A stretch of DNA of 64,000 nt from an uncultured Eubacteriales bacterium (GCA_934643185.1 CAKUBN010000008.1:627-64626), one strand, 5' to 3'; counted from the first letter of the stretch, positions 30,789-40,969 are shown. A program made the numbers and translations. The notes: a model not told the origin generated them from the letters alone.

Positions 30789-33327
30789 TATCAAAACCTT
30801 CTTTCTTTTCCAAAGCGCGGTCGGTTTGACTGCGCGGTTTTACGTGAATAATCCCGCTGTTTTCAAAATGCGCGCCGTGCTTTTTTGCATAGTGGGAGAG
30901 CGGGCGCAGCACCATATTGTGGCGGGCGAGCGGCACGGGGACTTCTTTGAAGATCGTGCGCATGAGTACCATATAAAGTGCGAACAGAAGCACGCACACG
31001 ACGGTGATTGCCATGCCGAGGAACAGGCCGGGCGTGCGGTATTTGAACTCGATCTTGACATTGGTGCCGGCGTTGACGCGGATGGCCATGAAGCCGACGT
31101 TCACCTTTTCGATATCGACCTTTTCGCCGTTGACGTAGGCCGACCAGCCGTTTTCATACGGGATGCTGAAGAACACGGGCACGTCGCGGCTTGCTGTGAT
31201 GGTGGCGTTAAAGCCGGTATTTGTATATTCAAAGGTATCGCAGGTGAGCTTTGCGCGGTTTTCGCAATCTGTTTTGTAGGTTTCCTTGGTGTAGGAGAGT
31301 TCGCTTGTATCGAGCGGAGAAAGCATATCGCCCCATTTTGAAACCTGTTTATCGGTGAGGACGATGCCCTTGAGCATCAAAAGCTCGCGGTAGCTTTCGC
31401 TTGTGTTTTCGTAGTCCTTTTCGGTGACGTAGCTGTCGTAGGTGAAGCCCATGGGAATGTAATGGTCGTTTTCCCAAACGTCAAAGCCGTTTGTGTTGCC
31501 GTAGTACATCCAGCCCGGCATGGCGGGGTCGGCGTAGTCTTCGCCGGCGAAATACTCGGTATCGTGATCGTCGTCAAAAAGATACTTGACGCTTGTCAGT
31601 CCGCGCAGGCCGTAGTGAGTGGTATCCGGGCGGGAAGCGACATCGCGCTGCACGCCGATGGAATCGTAGAACTCCATGAGCGAGCCGGGGACGATGCTGT
31701 GGAACGCCTGAATGGACTGTACCTCCCAGAACATGGCGGAGTTATCGAGGCTTTCGTAGAAATCCGTACGGACGTTGTCGTCGCGCAGGTCGTCTATGGC
31801 GACATCCGCGCCGCCGTTTAAGGCGTAGGGGATGATGTGGTCATAGGTGTAATCCGACTGTGTTTTGCCGAGCGCGATGAAGAAAACAGAATACAGCACG
31901 ATAGTGATGCTGAGGCAGACGGACGCGGCGCGGTAGAACGGGCGGGAGCCGCGGTTATAAAATGCAAGGACAAAGCCGGCGAGTGCAAGTGAGAGGAGCG
32001 CAATGGCGGCGTATGTCCAGAAGCGCGTGGGGTATTTTTCGAGACCGAATGTGACATCGGTAATCTCGCCGTCCGTTTTGGTGAGCGTGGGCATGAGGCC
32101 GATGACGAGCGTCATCGCGAGCGTGATGAGCGTTGTCCACTTTAAGGAGCGGCGCCAATCGATGCACGGGTTTTCGAGCGCCATCATGGTGGCGGCGGCC
32201 ATCATGAGCGTGAGCATGTAGAACCAGCGGGCGTAGTAGGACGCATTCATGAGCTGGAACGACGCGTTGAGACCCGGGATGAACGCCATGAAAAGCAGGA
32301 TGTAGAGCATTTTTTTCAGCCAGTGGCGGCGCTTTAACTGCATCCATCCGATGACGCCGGTCATGCTGAACATGGGCAGCCACGCGCCGAGGGACGCCCA
32401 CTTGGATTCGGAATCCGGGGTGAAGTTCGGGCGCGCGGGAAGGTCCGGCGGGAAGAAGAGGCACTGCAGAATGTGAATGTAGCGCTGATTGCGGTCGTAG
32501 AGCAGGGCGCTCCAGCCGCTGATGGGGTTGGAAACGCGGTAGTTTTGAATGATGCACAGAACGCTCGGCACGAGCAGAATGCACGCGATGCCGAGACCAA
32601 GCACGGCTTCGAGCGCGAGCAGGAGGAAATCCTTGACTGTGATGTGCCAGCTGCCGGAGAGCAGGCGCACAAAGAAATAGATGACGGTGAATGTCACCAT
32701 GCCGACGAAGAAATAATAGTTTACGATGCACGCCGCGGCGACCATGAGCGCGAAGATGCCGCGGCGTTTTTTGTACATGTATTCATCGAGTGCGGCTAAA
32801 AGCAAGGGGAACACGATGATGGCTTCGTGAAAATGGTTGAAGAAAATATTGTAGATAGAGTAGCCCGAGAATGCGTAGAGTAAAGATGCCAAAAGCGCGG
32901 TGCTGGGGTTCTTTGCGTAGCGGTGCAGATAAATGTAGCCTGCGAGGGACGCGCAGCCGAACTTTAAAATGAACAGCAGGCCCATGATGTATTGCAGCCA
33001 TTCGCCGGGGAACGGGATGGTGAGCCAGAAGAATGGGCTGCCGAGCAGGTAGAACGAATAGGAGCCGATGAAGTTGACGCCAAGATCGGTTAAATGGTTC
33101 CAGCCGATGTTGCCGGAACGGATGGCATCGTGCGCAATGCGGTAGAACGGCACCTGCTGCACGTTGAAATCGCCGTAGAACAGGAAGCGGCCGCCGTCTG
33201 CGACCATGAAGGGTACAAAGATGACGAAGGCCAGAGCAAGACCGAAGAGGAAAGAGAAAAGGAAATAATTGCCGCGCGGCTTTTGCTGGATGCGCCCATC
33301 GCGTACGTAAGATTTTGAGGTATCCAA
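30778..33327 (-). CDS. YfhO-family polytopic membrane glycosyltransferase
   Basis: 849 aa, TTG start after AGGAGGA. N-terminus FLFSFLFGLALAFVIFVPFMVADGGRFLFYGDFNVQQVPFY is typical of YfhO. About 13 TM helices and a large extracytoplasmic C-terminal domain. Confidence 0.88.
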   Translation of the reverse strand: MDTSKSYVRDGRIQQKPRGNYFLFSFLFGLALAFVIFVPFMVADGGRFLFYGDFNVQQVPFYRIAHDAIRSGNIGWNHLTDLGVNFIGSYSFYLLGSPFFWLTIPFPGEWLQYIMGLLFILKFGCASLAGYIYLHRYAKNPSTALLASLLYAFSGYSIYNIFFNHFHEAIIVFPLLLAALDEYMYKKRRGIFALMVAAACIVNYYFFVGMVTFTVIYFFVRLLSGSWHITVKDFLLLALEAVLGLGIACILLVPSVLCIIQNYRVSNPISGWSALLYDRNQRYIHILQCLFFPPDLPARPNFTPDSESKWASLGAWLPMFSMTGVIGWMQLKRRHWLKKMLYILLFMAFIPGLNASFQLMNASYYARWFYMLTLMMAAATMMALENPCIDWRRSLKWTTLITLAMTLVIGLMPTLTKTDGEITDVTFGLEKYPTRFWTYAAIALLSLALAGFVLAFYNRGSRPFYRAASVCLSITIVLYSVFFIALGKTQSDYTYDHIIPYALNGGADVAIDDLRDDNVRTDFYESLDNSAMFWEVQSIQAFHSIVPGSLMEFYDSIGVQRDVASRPDTTHYGLRGLTSVKYLFDDDHDTEYFAGEDYADPAMPGWMYYGNTNGFDVWENDHYIPMGFTYDSYVTEKDYENTSESYRELLMLKGIVLTDKQVSKWGDMLSPLDTSELSYTKETYKTDCENRAKLTCDTFEYTNTGFNATITASRDVPVFFSIPYENGWSAYVNGEKVDIEKVNVGFMAIRVNAGTNVKIEFKYRTPGLFLGMAITVVCVLLFALYMVLMRTIFKEVPVPLARHNMVLRPLSHYAKKHGAHFENSGIIHVKPRSQTDRALEKKEGFDNDD

Positions 33328-33381
33328 GTGAATGTCCTCCTGTGTATGTTAAAATTAGTAGTGTCCGTAAAGGGGTGGATA

Positions 33382-33571
33382 AAAGTCTTTAGTCAAGTTT
33401 TCTTCGAGAAAACTTGCGGGTTCTTAGGGCAGCGCCCTAAGTCGTCGTTCGCAAACGACGAAACCCTTTTGCCTCCTTAAAAATCAGGAGGGGAGGTTTG
33501 AGCGTCCGGTGGACGGTCAAACCCGGGGAACCCTATTCAGGGGTTCCCCGAAAGGCGTGAAGCGCCTTTTT
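33382..33571. repeat. Solo copy of the multi-hairpin repeat arm (same orientation as 5298..5496)
   Basis: aaagtctttagtcaagttttcttcgagaaaacttgcgggttcttagggcagcgccctaagtcgtcgttcgcaaacgacga...ggggaaccctattcaggggttcccc...aaaggcgtgaagcgccttt. Confidence 0.8.
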
Positions 33572-33651
33572 AAAAGCGCTGTTATTTAAGCCCAGTATAA
33601 CACAAATAAAGGGTAGATTAAAGGCAAATTCTAATTTTTAAGGAATTTTTA

Positions 33652-33683
33652 TTGAAATGTGCGGGGCAGTTCGGTATTATAAT
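33652..33683 (+). promoter_or_regulatory. Candidate dusB promoter (TTGAAA, 17-nt spacer, TATTAT, overlapping TATAAT)
   Basis: TTGAAA at 33652..33657, TATTAT at 33675..33680 and TATAAT at 33678..33683. Confidence 0.45.
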
Positions 33684-33726
33684 ATAAGTAAAATTAAAAA
33701 TATAGAAAACGCAGAAGGATATAAAA

Positions 33727-34713
33727 ATGAAAATCGGAAATCTGACTTTGAACGGTGTGGCGGCGCTGGCTCCGATGGCGGGCGCGACCGATCGGCCGTT
33801 CCGCGAGCTTTGCTGCTCGTTTGGCGCAGCGTACTGCGTGACGGAAATGGTCTCGACGAGAGCGCTGCAGTATAACTATAAAAAAACGCAGGAGCTTATC
33901 ACGCTCGGCGAAAAGGAACACCCCGTCGCGATCCAGATGTTCGGCGACGACCCGCTCATCTTTGCATCTGCCGCAAAGCGCGCCGCAGCGGCCGGGCCGG
34001 ATGTTATTGATATCAATATGGGTTGCCCTGTGCCGAAAATTGCGGGCAATAACTGCGGCAGCGCCCTCATGAAAAAGCCGCCGCTGTGTGGGGACATTGT
34101 CCGTGCCGTGAAAAATGCGGTCGACCTGCCCGTGACGGTGAAAATTCGTAAGGGCTGGGACGAAAACAGCGTGAACGCGGTGGAGGTCGCAAAATATTGC
34201 GAAGATGCGGGCGTGGACGCCATTTGCGTGCACGGCAGAACGCGCACACAGATGTATGAGCCGCCGGCGGACTGGGATATTATCCGTCAGGTGAAGGAAG
34301 CTGTGAAGGTGCCCGTCATCGGCAACGGCGACGTAAAATGCGTGCAGGACGCCGTGCGCATGATGAACGAGACCGGGTGCGACATGGTGATGATCGGGCG
34401 CGGGGCGCTCGGCAATCCATGGATCTTCAGGGAGATCAACGGCTATTTCAGCAGCGGTCTGCGCATTATGCCGCCGCCGACGCTTGCGGAGCGCATTGTG
34501 GTCATTAAAAAGCATATGGATGCGCTGTGCGCCGCAAAGGGAGAGGAGCGCGGCATGCGCGAAGCGAGAAAGCATGTGGCGTGGTACATGCACGGTCTGC
34601 GCGGTGCGGCGGAATTCCGGCGCATGGCGGGCGAGCTGGAAACGCTCAGCGACCTCGATAAATTGCTCGAGAAAGTGTATATAGAAAACAAAGACGTGTC
34701 TTTTGACCCGTAA
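33727..34713 (+). CDS. dusB: tRNA-dihydrouridine synthase
   Basis: LAPMAGATDRPFR...QMFGDDP...IDINMGCPVPK...VTVKIRKGWD...HGRTR. Confidence 0.92.
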   Translation: MKIGNLTLNGVAALAPMAGATDRPFRELCCSFGAAYCVTEMVSTRALQYNYKKTQELITLGEKEHPVAIQMFGDDPLIFASAAKRAAAAGPDVIDINMGCPVPKIAGNNCGSALMKKPPLCGDIVRAVKNAVDLPVTVKIRKGWDENSVNAVEVAKYCEDAGVDAICVHGRTRTQMYEPPADWDIIRQVKEAVKVPVIGNGDVKCVQDAVRMMNETGCDMVMIGRGALGNPWIFREINGYFSSGLRIMPPPTLAERIVVIKKHMDALCAAKGEERGMREARKHVAWYMHGLRGAAEFRRMAGELETLSDLDKLLEKVYIENKDVSFDP

Positions 34714-34730
34714 CGGAAAGGAAGATCAGC

Positions 34731-37325
34731 GTGAAGCTTTTGGTACTGGACGGCAACAGCATTTTAAACCGCGCGTTTTACGGCATTAAGCTGCTTACAA
34801 CGAAAAGCGGCGAGTTTACAAACGGTATTGTCGGATTTTTGAATATTTTGGAGAAATTAAAGGACGAAACGGAGCCGGACGCGGTGGCCATCGCATTCGA
34901 TATGAAAGCGCCGACGTTCCGCCATAAGGCGTATGCGGGCTACAAGGCGCAGCGCAAGGGCATGCCGCCGGAGCTTGCCGCGCAGATGCCGGTTTTAAAG
35001 GAGCTTTTGGGCGACCTCGGCTATAAGATCGTGACGTGCGAGGGATGGGAAGCGGACGACATTCTCGGCACATTTGCGGAGACATGCGAAAACACGGACA
35101 ACACATGCATGATTGCGACCGGCGACCGCGACAGCCTGCAGCTTGTCTCGCCGAAGACGACGGTGCGGCTTGCGACGACAAAATTCGGGCAGTCTGCCGT
35201 GACGCTGTGCGACGAGGCGTATATCAAGGAGACGTACGGCGTGGAGCCAAAGCAGCTCATTGACATCAAGGCGATTCAGGGCGACACCTCGGACAATATT
35301 CCGGGCGTTGCGGGCATCGGCGAAAAGGGCGCGGGCGAGCTGATCCGCAAATTCGGCTCTTTGCAGTATATTTATGATAATCTCGAGACGCTGGACATCA
35401 AGCCCGGCATGCGCACAAAGCTCATAAACTCCAAGGATAACGCGTTTTTGAGCTATGACCTCGGCACGATTCGCCGCAATGCGCCGATCGATACGGAGAT
35501 CACGCATTATGTTCCCGGTGCGGGCGACCCCGCGGCCGCGGCGCAGATCATGACGCGCTTGGAGCTGTTTAAGCTGATGGAGCGCCTGCACCTGACCCCC
35601 GGCGCAGCGCCGGCGGCGAGCAATGCGCAGACCGAAGAAACGGTTTTGCTGCCCGTGAAGAACTACACGGACGGCGCGGCGGTGCTCGGCCAGTGCGAGG
35701 ACGAGGGCGCGGCGTACTTTGTACCGGTGTTTGAAAACGACGAATTAAAGCGGCTCGTGTTCAACGGCAAGTTTGACGCGGGCAAGCCGGCGATCGCGGT
35801 TGTGGACGCAGACGACGCGTTTTTGAGGGCGTTCCTCGGCAGCAAGGTGACGAAAAAGTACACGTTTGCGCTGAAAAAGCTGCACCGCACGGCGCTGCAT
35901 CTCGGCACCTCGCTTGAAAATGCCGTGATGGACACGGAGCTTGCGGCGTATCTGTTGAATCCCTCGGGCTCGGATTACGGCGTGCTGCGCCTTGCGGCGG
36001 AATATGGCGTTGCCGTGCCCGCGTATGAAGACGCGAACGTGCAGGCGGCGGCTGTGCTGCCCGCTGTGTGCGCGGCGCTGCAAAAGGGCATTGACGAAAA
36101 CGGCCAGCACGAGCTGCTGGAAAACATTGAGATCCCGCTTGCGCTTGTGTTGGGCGAGATGGAGGAAAGCGGCTTCCTTGTGGACCGTGAGGCCATAAAG
36201 ACCTACGGCGAGGCGCTCTCCGAGCAGGTGGACGCACTGCAGAAGGAAATTTACGAGGACGTGGGGTATGAGTTCAACATCAACTCCCCGGTGCAGCTGG
36301 GCGAAGCGCTGTTTGTAAAGCTCGGCCTGCCGCACGGCAAGAAGACGAAAAAGGGCTACTCTACAAACGCGGACGTGCTGGAGGGTCTGCGCGGCGTGCA
36401 TCCGGCGGTCGATAAGGTGCTGCGCTACCGCACGCTGACGAAGCTGCGCTCCACGTACTGCGAGGGGCTGCTCAAAGCCATTACGGCGGACGGGCGCATT
36501 CACTCGAGCTTCAACCAGACCGAAACGCGCACGGGACGTATCTCCTCGACAGAGCCGAACCTGCAGAATATCCCGGTGCGCACGCCGCTTGGGCGCGAAT
36601 TCCGCCGATTCTTCATCGCAAAAGAGGGCAATGTGCTCGTCGATGCCGACTACTCGCAGATCGAACTGCGTGTGTTGGCGCATGTAGCGAACGACACGCG
36701 GATGCAGGAGGATTTCCGCCTTGGGCGCGACATCCACACCATGACGGCGGCGCGTGTGTTTGACATGCCGGAGGACCTTGTGACGCCGCAGATGCGCAGC
36801 CGCGCGAAGGCGGTCAACTTCGGCATTGTGTACGGCATCGGCGCGTTCTCGCTTTCGAAGGACATCGGCGTTTCCCGCCGCGAGGCCGAGGACTACATCC
36901 ACGACTACCTGCGCAACTATAAGGGCGTTGCGGATTACATGGAGCGCGTGGTGGAGGAAGCGAAGAAAAACGGCTATGTGGAGACGCTGTTCGGCCGCAG
37001 ACGCTATTTGCCGGAGCTTGCGAGTTCCAACTTCAATATGCGCGCGTTCGGCGAGCGCGTGGCGCGCAACATGCCGATTCAAGGCACGGCGGCAGACATC
37101 ATCAAGATCGCGATGGTGCACGTACGCAACCGCTTGAAAGCCGAAAAGCTCGACGCAAAGCTGATTTTGCAGGTGCACGACGAACTCATCGTGGAGTGCC
37201 CGGAGGCGGAAAGCGACACGGTGAAGAAAATTCTGGAAGAAGAAATGGCGAACGCGGTGCAGCTGAGCGTGCCGATGCTGGCGGAGGCCGGAAGCGGCAA
37301 GAGCTGGTACCAGGCCAAAGGTTAA
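34731..37325 (+). CDS. polA: DNA polymerase I (5' nuclease, vestigial 3'-5' exonuclease domain, polymerase)
   Basis: GTG start; LLVLDGNSILNRAFYG...GDRDSLQL...IPGVAGIGEKGA...DYSQIELRVLAH...QVHDELI. Confidence 0.95.
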   Translation: MKLLVLDGNSILNRAFYGIKLLTTKSGEFTNGIVGFLNILEKLKDETEPDAVAIAFDMKAPTFRHKAYAGYKAQRKGMPPELAAQMPVLKELLGDLGYKIVTCEGWEADDILGTFAETCENTDNTCMIATGDRDSLQLVSPKTTVRLATTKFGQSAVTLCDEAYIKETYGVEPKQLIDIKAIQGDTSDNIPGVAGIGEKGAGELIRKFGSLQYIYDNLETLDIKPGMRTKLINSKDNAFLSYDLGTIRRNAPIDTEITHYVPGAGDPAAAAQIMTRLELFKLMERLHLTPGAAPAASNAQTEETVLLPVKNYTDGAAVLGQCEDEGAAYFVPVFENDELKRLVFNGKFDAGKPAIAVVDADDAFLRAFLGSKVTKKYTFALKKLHRTALHLGTSLENAVMDTELAAYLLNPSGSDYGVLRLAAEYGVAVPAYEDANVQAAAVLPAVCAALQKGIDENGQHELLENIEIPLALVLGEMEESGFLVDREAIKTYGEALSEQVDALQKEIYEDVGYEFNINSPVQLGEALFVKLGLPHGKKTKKGYSTNADVLEGLRGVHPAVDKVLRYRTLTKLRSTYCEGLLKAITADGRIHSSFNQTETRTGRISSTEPNLQNIPVRTPLGREFRRFFIAKEGNVLVDADYSQIELRVLAHVANDTRMQEDFRLGRDIHTMTAARVFDMPEDLVTPQMRSRAKAVNFGIVYGIGAFSLSKDIGVSRREAEDYIHDYLRNYKGVADYMERVVEEAKKNGYVETLFGRRRYLPELASSNFNMRAFGERVARNMPIQGTAADIIKIAMVHVRNRLKAEKLDAKLILQVHDELIVECPEAESDTVKKILEEEMANAVQLSVPMLAEAGSGKSWYQAKG

Positions 37326-37331
37326 GAAATT

Positions 37332-38147
37332 ATGATGATATTTTGTTGTCCCGCATGCGGCGGCGCACTGGAAAAAGCAGACCACGCGCTGCGCTGCGCA
37401 AACGGACATTCTTATGATATTGCGCGCCAGGGGTATGTGCACCTTCTGCCCGTAAAGCAGATGCACGCGAAAATTCCCGGCGACACAAAGCAGATGGTAG
37501 ATGCGCGCCGTGCGTTTTTGGGCGGCGGCTACTACGATGCGTTCCGCGAAAAATTAGCGGCGCTGACGGACCAATACCTGCCCGAAAACGGTGTGGTTTT
37601 GGACGCGGGCTGCGGCGAGGGCTTTTACACCGCGGCTTTATATGAAAAAGCGAAGGCGAAAAACGGTTCGGTCTCCGGCGTGGACATCTCGAAATTTGCG
37701 GTGAAAGCGGCTGCGGGCAAATACAAGGGCATCGATTTTGCGGTGGCGAGCTTATTCCACCTGCCGTGCGCGGAAAACAGTGTAGATGTGCTGACGGATG
37801 TTTTCGCGCCCATTGTGCCGGAGGAGTTTTTTAGGGTGCTGAAGCCGGGCGGCGTGATGATTCTTGCGGTGCCGGGTGCGCGGCATCTTTACGGCATGAA
37901 AGAGATTTTATACAAAGAGCCATATGAGAATGAGGAGCACGACACCGTTTACGACGGGTTTGAATACCTCGGGCGTGAGTGTGTGCAAAAGTTTATCACG
38001 GTGAATGGACAAGAGAACATTGAAGCGCTGTTCTCCATGACGCCGTACTACTGGAAGACGGATGTAGAGGGCGGCGAGCGTTTACGCGCGCTCGATGTAC
38101 TGAAAACCGAGATCAAGTTTGACTTTTTGGTTTACAGGAAGAAGTAG
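37332..38147 (+). CDS. rlmA: 23S rRNA (guanine-N1)-methyltransferase RlmA-like (Zn-ribbon plus SAM methyltransferase)
   Basis: CPACGGALEKADHALRCANGHSYDIARQGYVHLLP...VLDAGCGEGFY. Confidence 0.85.
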   Translation: MMIFCCPACGGALEKADHALRCANGHSYDIARQGYVHLLPVKQMHAKIPGDTKQMVDARRAFLGGGYYDAFREKLAALTDQYLPENGVVLDAGCGEGFYTAALYEKAKAKNGSVSGVDISKFAVKAAAGKYKGIDFAVASLFHLPCAENSVDVLTDVFAPIVPEEFFRVLKPGGVMILAVPGARHLYGMKEILYKEPYENEEHDTVYDGFEYLGRECVQKFITVNGQENIEALFSMTPYYWKTDVEGGERLRALDVLKTEIKFDFLVYRKK

Positions 38148-38168
38148 GCAGCTTAGTGGGAGTATTTA

Positions 38169-38363
38169 AAAGAACTCGCTGTGGCGAGTTCTTCAAGGGA
38201 CCCCCTAATTGGGTCCCTTACGGTTCAACTGTCCCCCGGACAGTTGAACCTATCCTCCTGATTTTTGGTAGGCAAAGGGATTTCGAGCTCTGCGGAGCTC
38301 GACTTAGGGCGCTGCCCTAAGAACCCGCAAGTTTTCTCGAAGAAAACTTGACTAAAGACTTTA
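38169..38363. repeat. Solo copy of the multi-hairpin repeat arm (inverted orientation, as 5677..5872)
   Basis: aaagaactcgctgtggcgagttctt...gggaccccctaattgggtccc...gttcaactgtcccccggacagttgaac...tcgagctctgcggagctcga...cttagggcgctgccctaag...caagttttctcgaagaaaacttgactaaagacttt. Confidence 0.8.
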
Positions 38364-38555
38364 TTCGTTCGGTTACCGTTTGCTTTATTTGTTGTTTATT
38401 ATTGTCGTTTTGTTGCCGTTCACTGAAAATTCAAGAATACTTAGTAGAATTCTCTCCCGAACTGTGCTATGATAGGTAGCGGTCGTTCGGGAGCGTTTTC
38501 ATTTTGGAAGACGAAATACGACCGATTATAGAAATATCCGAGGTTTATAATAAAG

Positions 38556-38978
38556 ATGAAAATTTTGTTTATCTGCACCGGCAACACGTGCAGAAGCCCG
38601 ATGGCGGAGGGCATTTTCCGCCACGAAATGGAACAGCGCGGCTTTGAGAACATCATGTGCCAAAGCGCGGGTCTTTCCGCTCTTGACGGGCAGCACCCCA
38701 GTGAAAACGCGGTGCTCGCCTGCAAGGAGATCGGCGTGGACATCAGCGGCCACATTGCGCGCCGCTTTACGCCGGAAGAGATCGATGTGTGGGACGTATA
38801 TTTCACAATGTCGAAGACGCACGCATACATTTTGATGCAGGCGGGTGTGCCGGCGGAGAAAATTTACGTGCCGCACTACATTGACGACCCCTACGGCGGA
38901 GACCTGGACACCTACCGCAAGTGCCGCGACAAGCTCTGCGAGGAATTGCAGACGTTTGAGCAGCACCTCGGTTTTTAA
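38556..38978 (+). CDS. Low-molecular-weight protein tyrosine/arginine phosphatase
   Basis: MKILFICTGNTCRSPMAEGIF contains the CX5R(S) P-loop. The downstream DP motif (IDDPYGG) is present. Confidence 0.9.
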   Translation: MKILFICTGNTCRSPMAEGIFRHEMEQRGFENIMCQSAGLSALDGQHPSENAVLACKEIGVDISGHIARRFTPEEIDVWDVYFTMSKTHAYILMQAGVPAEKIYVPHYIDDPYGGDLDTYRKCRDKLCEELQTFEQHLGF

Positions 38979-38987
38979 GGAGTGTTT

Positions 38988-39422
38988 ATGCAGATCGTTT
39001 CGATGACGGCGGAACACGTTTCGCGCCTTGCGGCGCTTGAAAAGCTTTGCTTTTCGGAGCCATGGAGCGAAAAAAGCTTATTGGAGGAGATTGATAACCC
39101 TGCGGCCTGCTTTTTGGTGGCGGTGCGGGAAAACGAGGTGCTCGGCTACGGCGGCATGCACACGGTGCTCGGCGAAAGCTATGTGGATAACATTGCGGTG
39201 TTCCCGGAGTTTCGCGGGCATGGCGTGGGCAGAACGCTGACGGCGGCGCTGATCGAAAAAGCGCGGGAAAACGGCGGCGTGTTCATCACCTTAGAGGTGC
39301 GGGCCTCAAATGTGCCGGCCATTGCGCTGTACCGCTCGCTTGGCTTCACAGAAGTCGGCGTGCGCCGCAATTTTTACACAGAACCAAGAGAGGATGCGCT
39401 GATCTTTACGCTCTCCTTTTGA
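38988..39422 (+). CDS. rimI: Ribosomal-protein-alanine N-acetyltransferase (GNAT)
   Basis: ATG at 38988 after AAGGAG. LEKLCFSEPWSEKSLLEEI...IAVFPEFRGHGVGRTL...LEVRASNVPAIALYRSLGF. Confidence 0.85.
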   Translation: MQIVSMTAEHVSRLAALEKLCFSEPWSEKSLLEEIDNPAACFLVAVRENEVLGYGGMHTVLGESYVDNIAVFPEFRGHGVGRTLTAALIEKARENGGVFITLEVRASNVPAIALYRSLGFTEVGVRRNFYTEPREDALIFTLSF

Positions 39423-39449
39423 ATTTTTAGCTATACGGGGGTAAAAAGT

Positions 39450-40943
39450 ATGCTTTTCGGAAAAATCAAGGCGCTCGTCGAATACGGCGTGCGCACGGGA
39501 CTCATCGAAGAGGAGGACGCGATCTACACGCGCAACCGCTTATTGGAGGCGTTCTGCGAAGAGGATTACGTTGACGAGGAAGCGGAGCAGAGCGAAAATC
39601 TGGCGCTTTTGCTCGACGGTCTTTGCGATGAAGCGGTTCGCCGCGGCATCATGGAGGACGGTGTGACGTCCCGCGATTTATTCGATACGAAGCTGATGGG
39701 TCTTTTGACGCCGCGCCCGTCCGACGTGAACCGCGCATTCCGCGCGCTTTACAAGGAATCCCCGGAAAAGGCGACGGACTGGTTCTATAAGCTTTGCGGC
39801 GACTGCAACTATATCCGCCGTGACCGTGTGGCGCGCGATTTGAAATGGGTGTATAACGACCCGCGTTTTGGCGCGATCGACATCACCATCAACCTTTCAA
39901 AGCCGGAAAAAGACCCGAAGGCCATTGCGGCGGCGAAGAAAATGAAGGCGGCAGGCTATCCGGCGTGCATGCTATGTAAGGAAAACGTGGGCTATGCGGG
40001 CCGCATGAACCACCCGGCAAGACAGAACCACCGTGCTATCCCGATCACGGTGAACGATGCGGACTGGTTTTTGCAGTATTCCCCGTATGTGTACTATAAC
40101 GAGCACTGCATTGTATTCTGCGGTGAGCATGTGCCGATGCAGATCAACCGCAGTACGTTCCGCAAGCTGTTCGACTTTGTGGAGCAGTTCCCGCACTATT
40201 TCCTTGGCTCCAATGCCGACCTGCCCATCGTCGGCGGCTCCATTTTGACGCACGACCACTACCAGGGAGGCCACTATACGTTCGCGATGGCGCGCGCCGA
40301 GATGGAGGAGCACTGCACGCTGCACGGCTTTGAAGACGTGGAGGCGGGCATTTTGAACTGGCCGGTCTCCGTTCTGCGCCTGCGCCACAAGGAGCCCGCA
40401 AGACTCATCGACGCGGCTGACCACGTATTAAAAGCATGGAGAGGCTACACGGACGAGGATGCGTTCATTTTTGCGGAGACGGACGGCGAGCCGCACAACA
40501 CCATCACGCCCATTGCGCGCTGCGTGGACGGCGTGTACGAGCTCGACCTCGCGCTGCGCAACAACATCACGACGGAGAAATATCCGCTCGGCGTATACCA
40601 CCCGCACGACGAGTACCACCACATCAAGAAAGAGAACATCGGCCTCATTGAGGTCATGGGTCTTGCGGTTTTGCCGTCCAGATTAAAGGATGAGCTGAAA
40701 ACCCTGAAAGACGTGATCCTCGCAGGCGGCGACGTTGCGGGCGTGGAAAGCATCGCAAAGCACGCCGAATGGGCGGCGCAGGTGAAGCGCGACCACCCGG
40801 AGCTGAACGAAGAAAACGCCGAGCACATCTTGCAGCAGGAAGTGGGCAAGGTGTTCGTAAAAGTGCTGGAGGATGCCGGCGTTTACAAATGCACGGCAGA
40901 AGGCAGAAAGGCATTCAGAAAGTTCGTGGAAAGCGTACGCTGA
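39450..40943 (+). CDS. galT: Galactose-1-phosphate uridylyltransferase, long Firmicutes type
   Basis: 497 aa. CMLCKENVGYAG...NEHCIVFCGEHVPM...GGSILTHDHYQGG. Confidence 0.92.
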   Translation: MLFGKIKALVEYGVRTGLIEEEDAIYTRNRLLEAFCEEDYVDEEAEQSENLALLLDGLCDEAVRRGIMEDGVTSRDLFDTKLMGLLTPRPSDVNRAFRALYKESPEKATDWFYKLCGDCNYIRRDRVARDLKWVYNDPRFGAIDITINLSKPEKDPKAIAAAKKMKAAGYPACMLCKENVGYAGRMNHPARQNHRAIPITVNDADWFLQYSPYVYYNEHCIVFCGEHVPMQINRSTFRKLFDFVEQFPHYFLGSNADLPIVGGSILTHDHYQGGHYTFAMARAEMEEHCTLHGFEDVEAGILNWPVSVLRLRHKEPARLIDAADHVLKAWRGYTDEDAFIFAETDGEPHNTITPIARCVDGVYELDLALRNNITTEKYPLGVYHPHDEYHHIKKENIGLIEVMGLAVLPSRLKDELKTLKDVILAGGDVAGVESIAKHAEWAAQVKRDHPELNEENAEHILQQEVGKVFVKVLEDAGVYKCTAEGRKAFRKFVESVR

Positions 40944-40969
40944 ACCGACAATAGAATAGGATAAAAAGA

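Noticed and set aside
35745-37466. 573-aa reverse-strand ORF inside polA
   Set aside because: It is an antisense shadow of a highly conserved gene, with an Arg/His/Ala-rich translation and no family motifs.
38454-38505. Hairpin ctcccgaac(22 nt)gttcgggag followed by cgttttcatttt, upstream of the phosphatase gene, with a TGcTATGAT element in its loop
   Set aside because: It could be an attenuator or just the end of the rlmA transcript. It has a large loop, a broken T-tract and no second copy or recognisable riboswitch features, so there is not enough evidence to call it.
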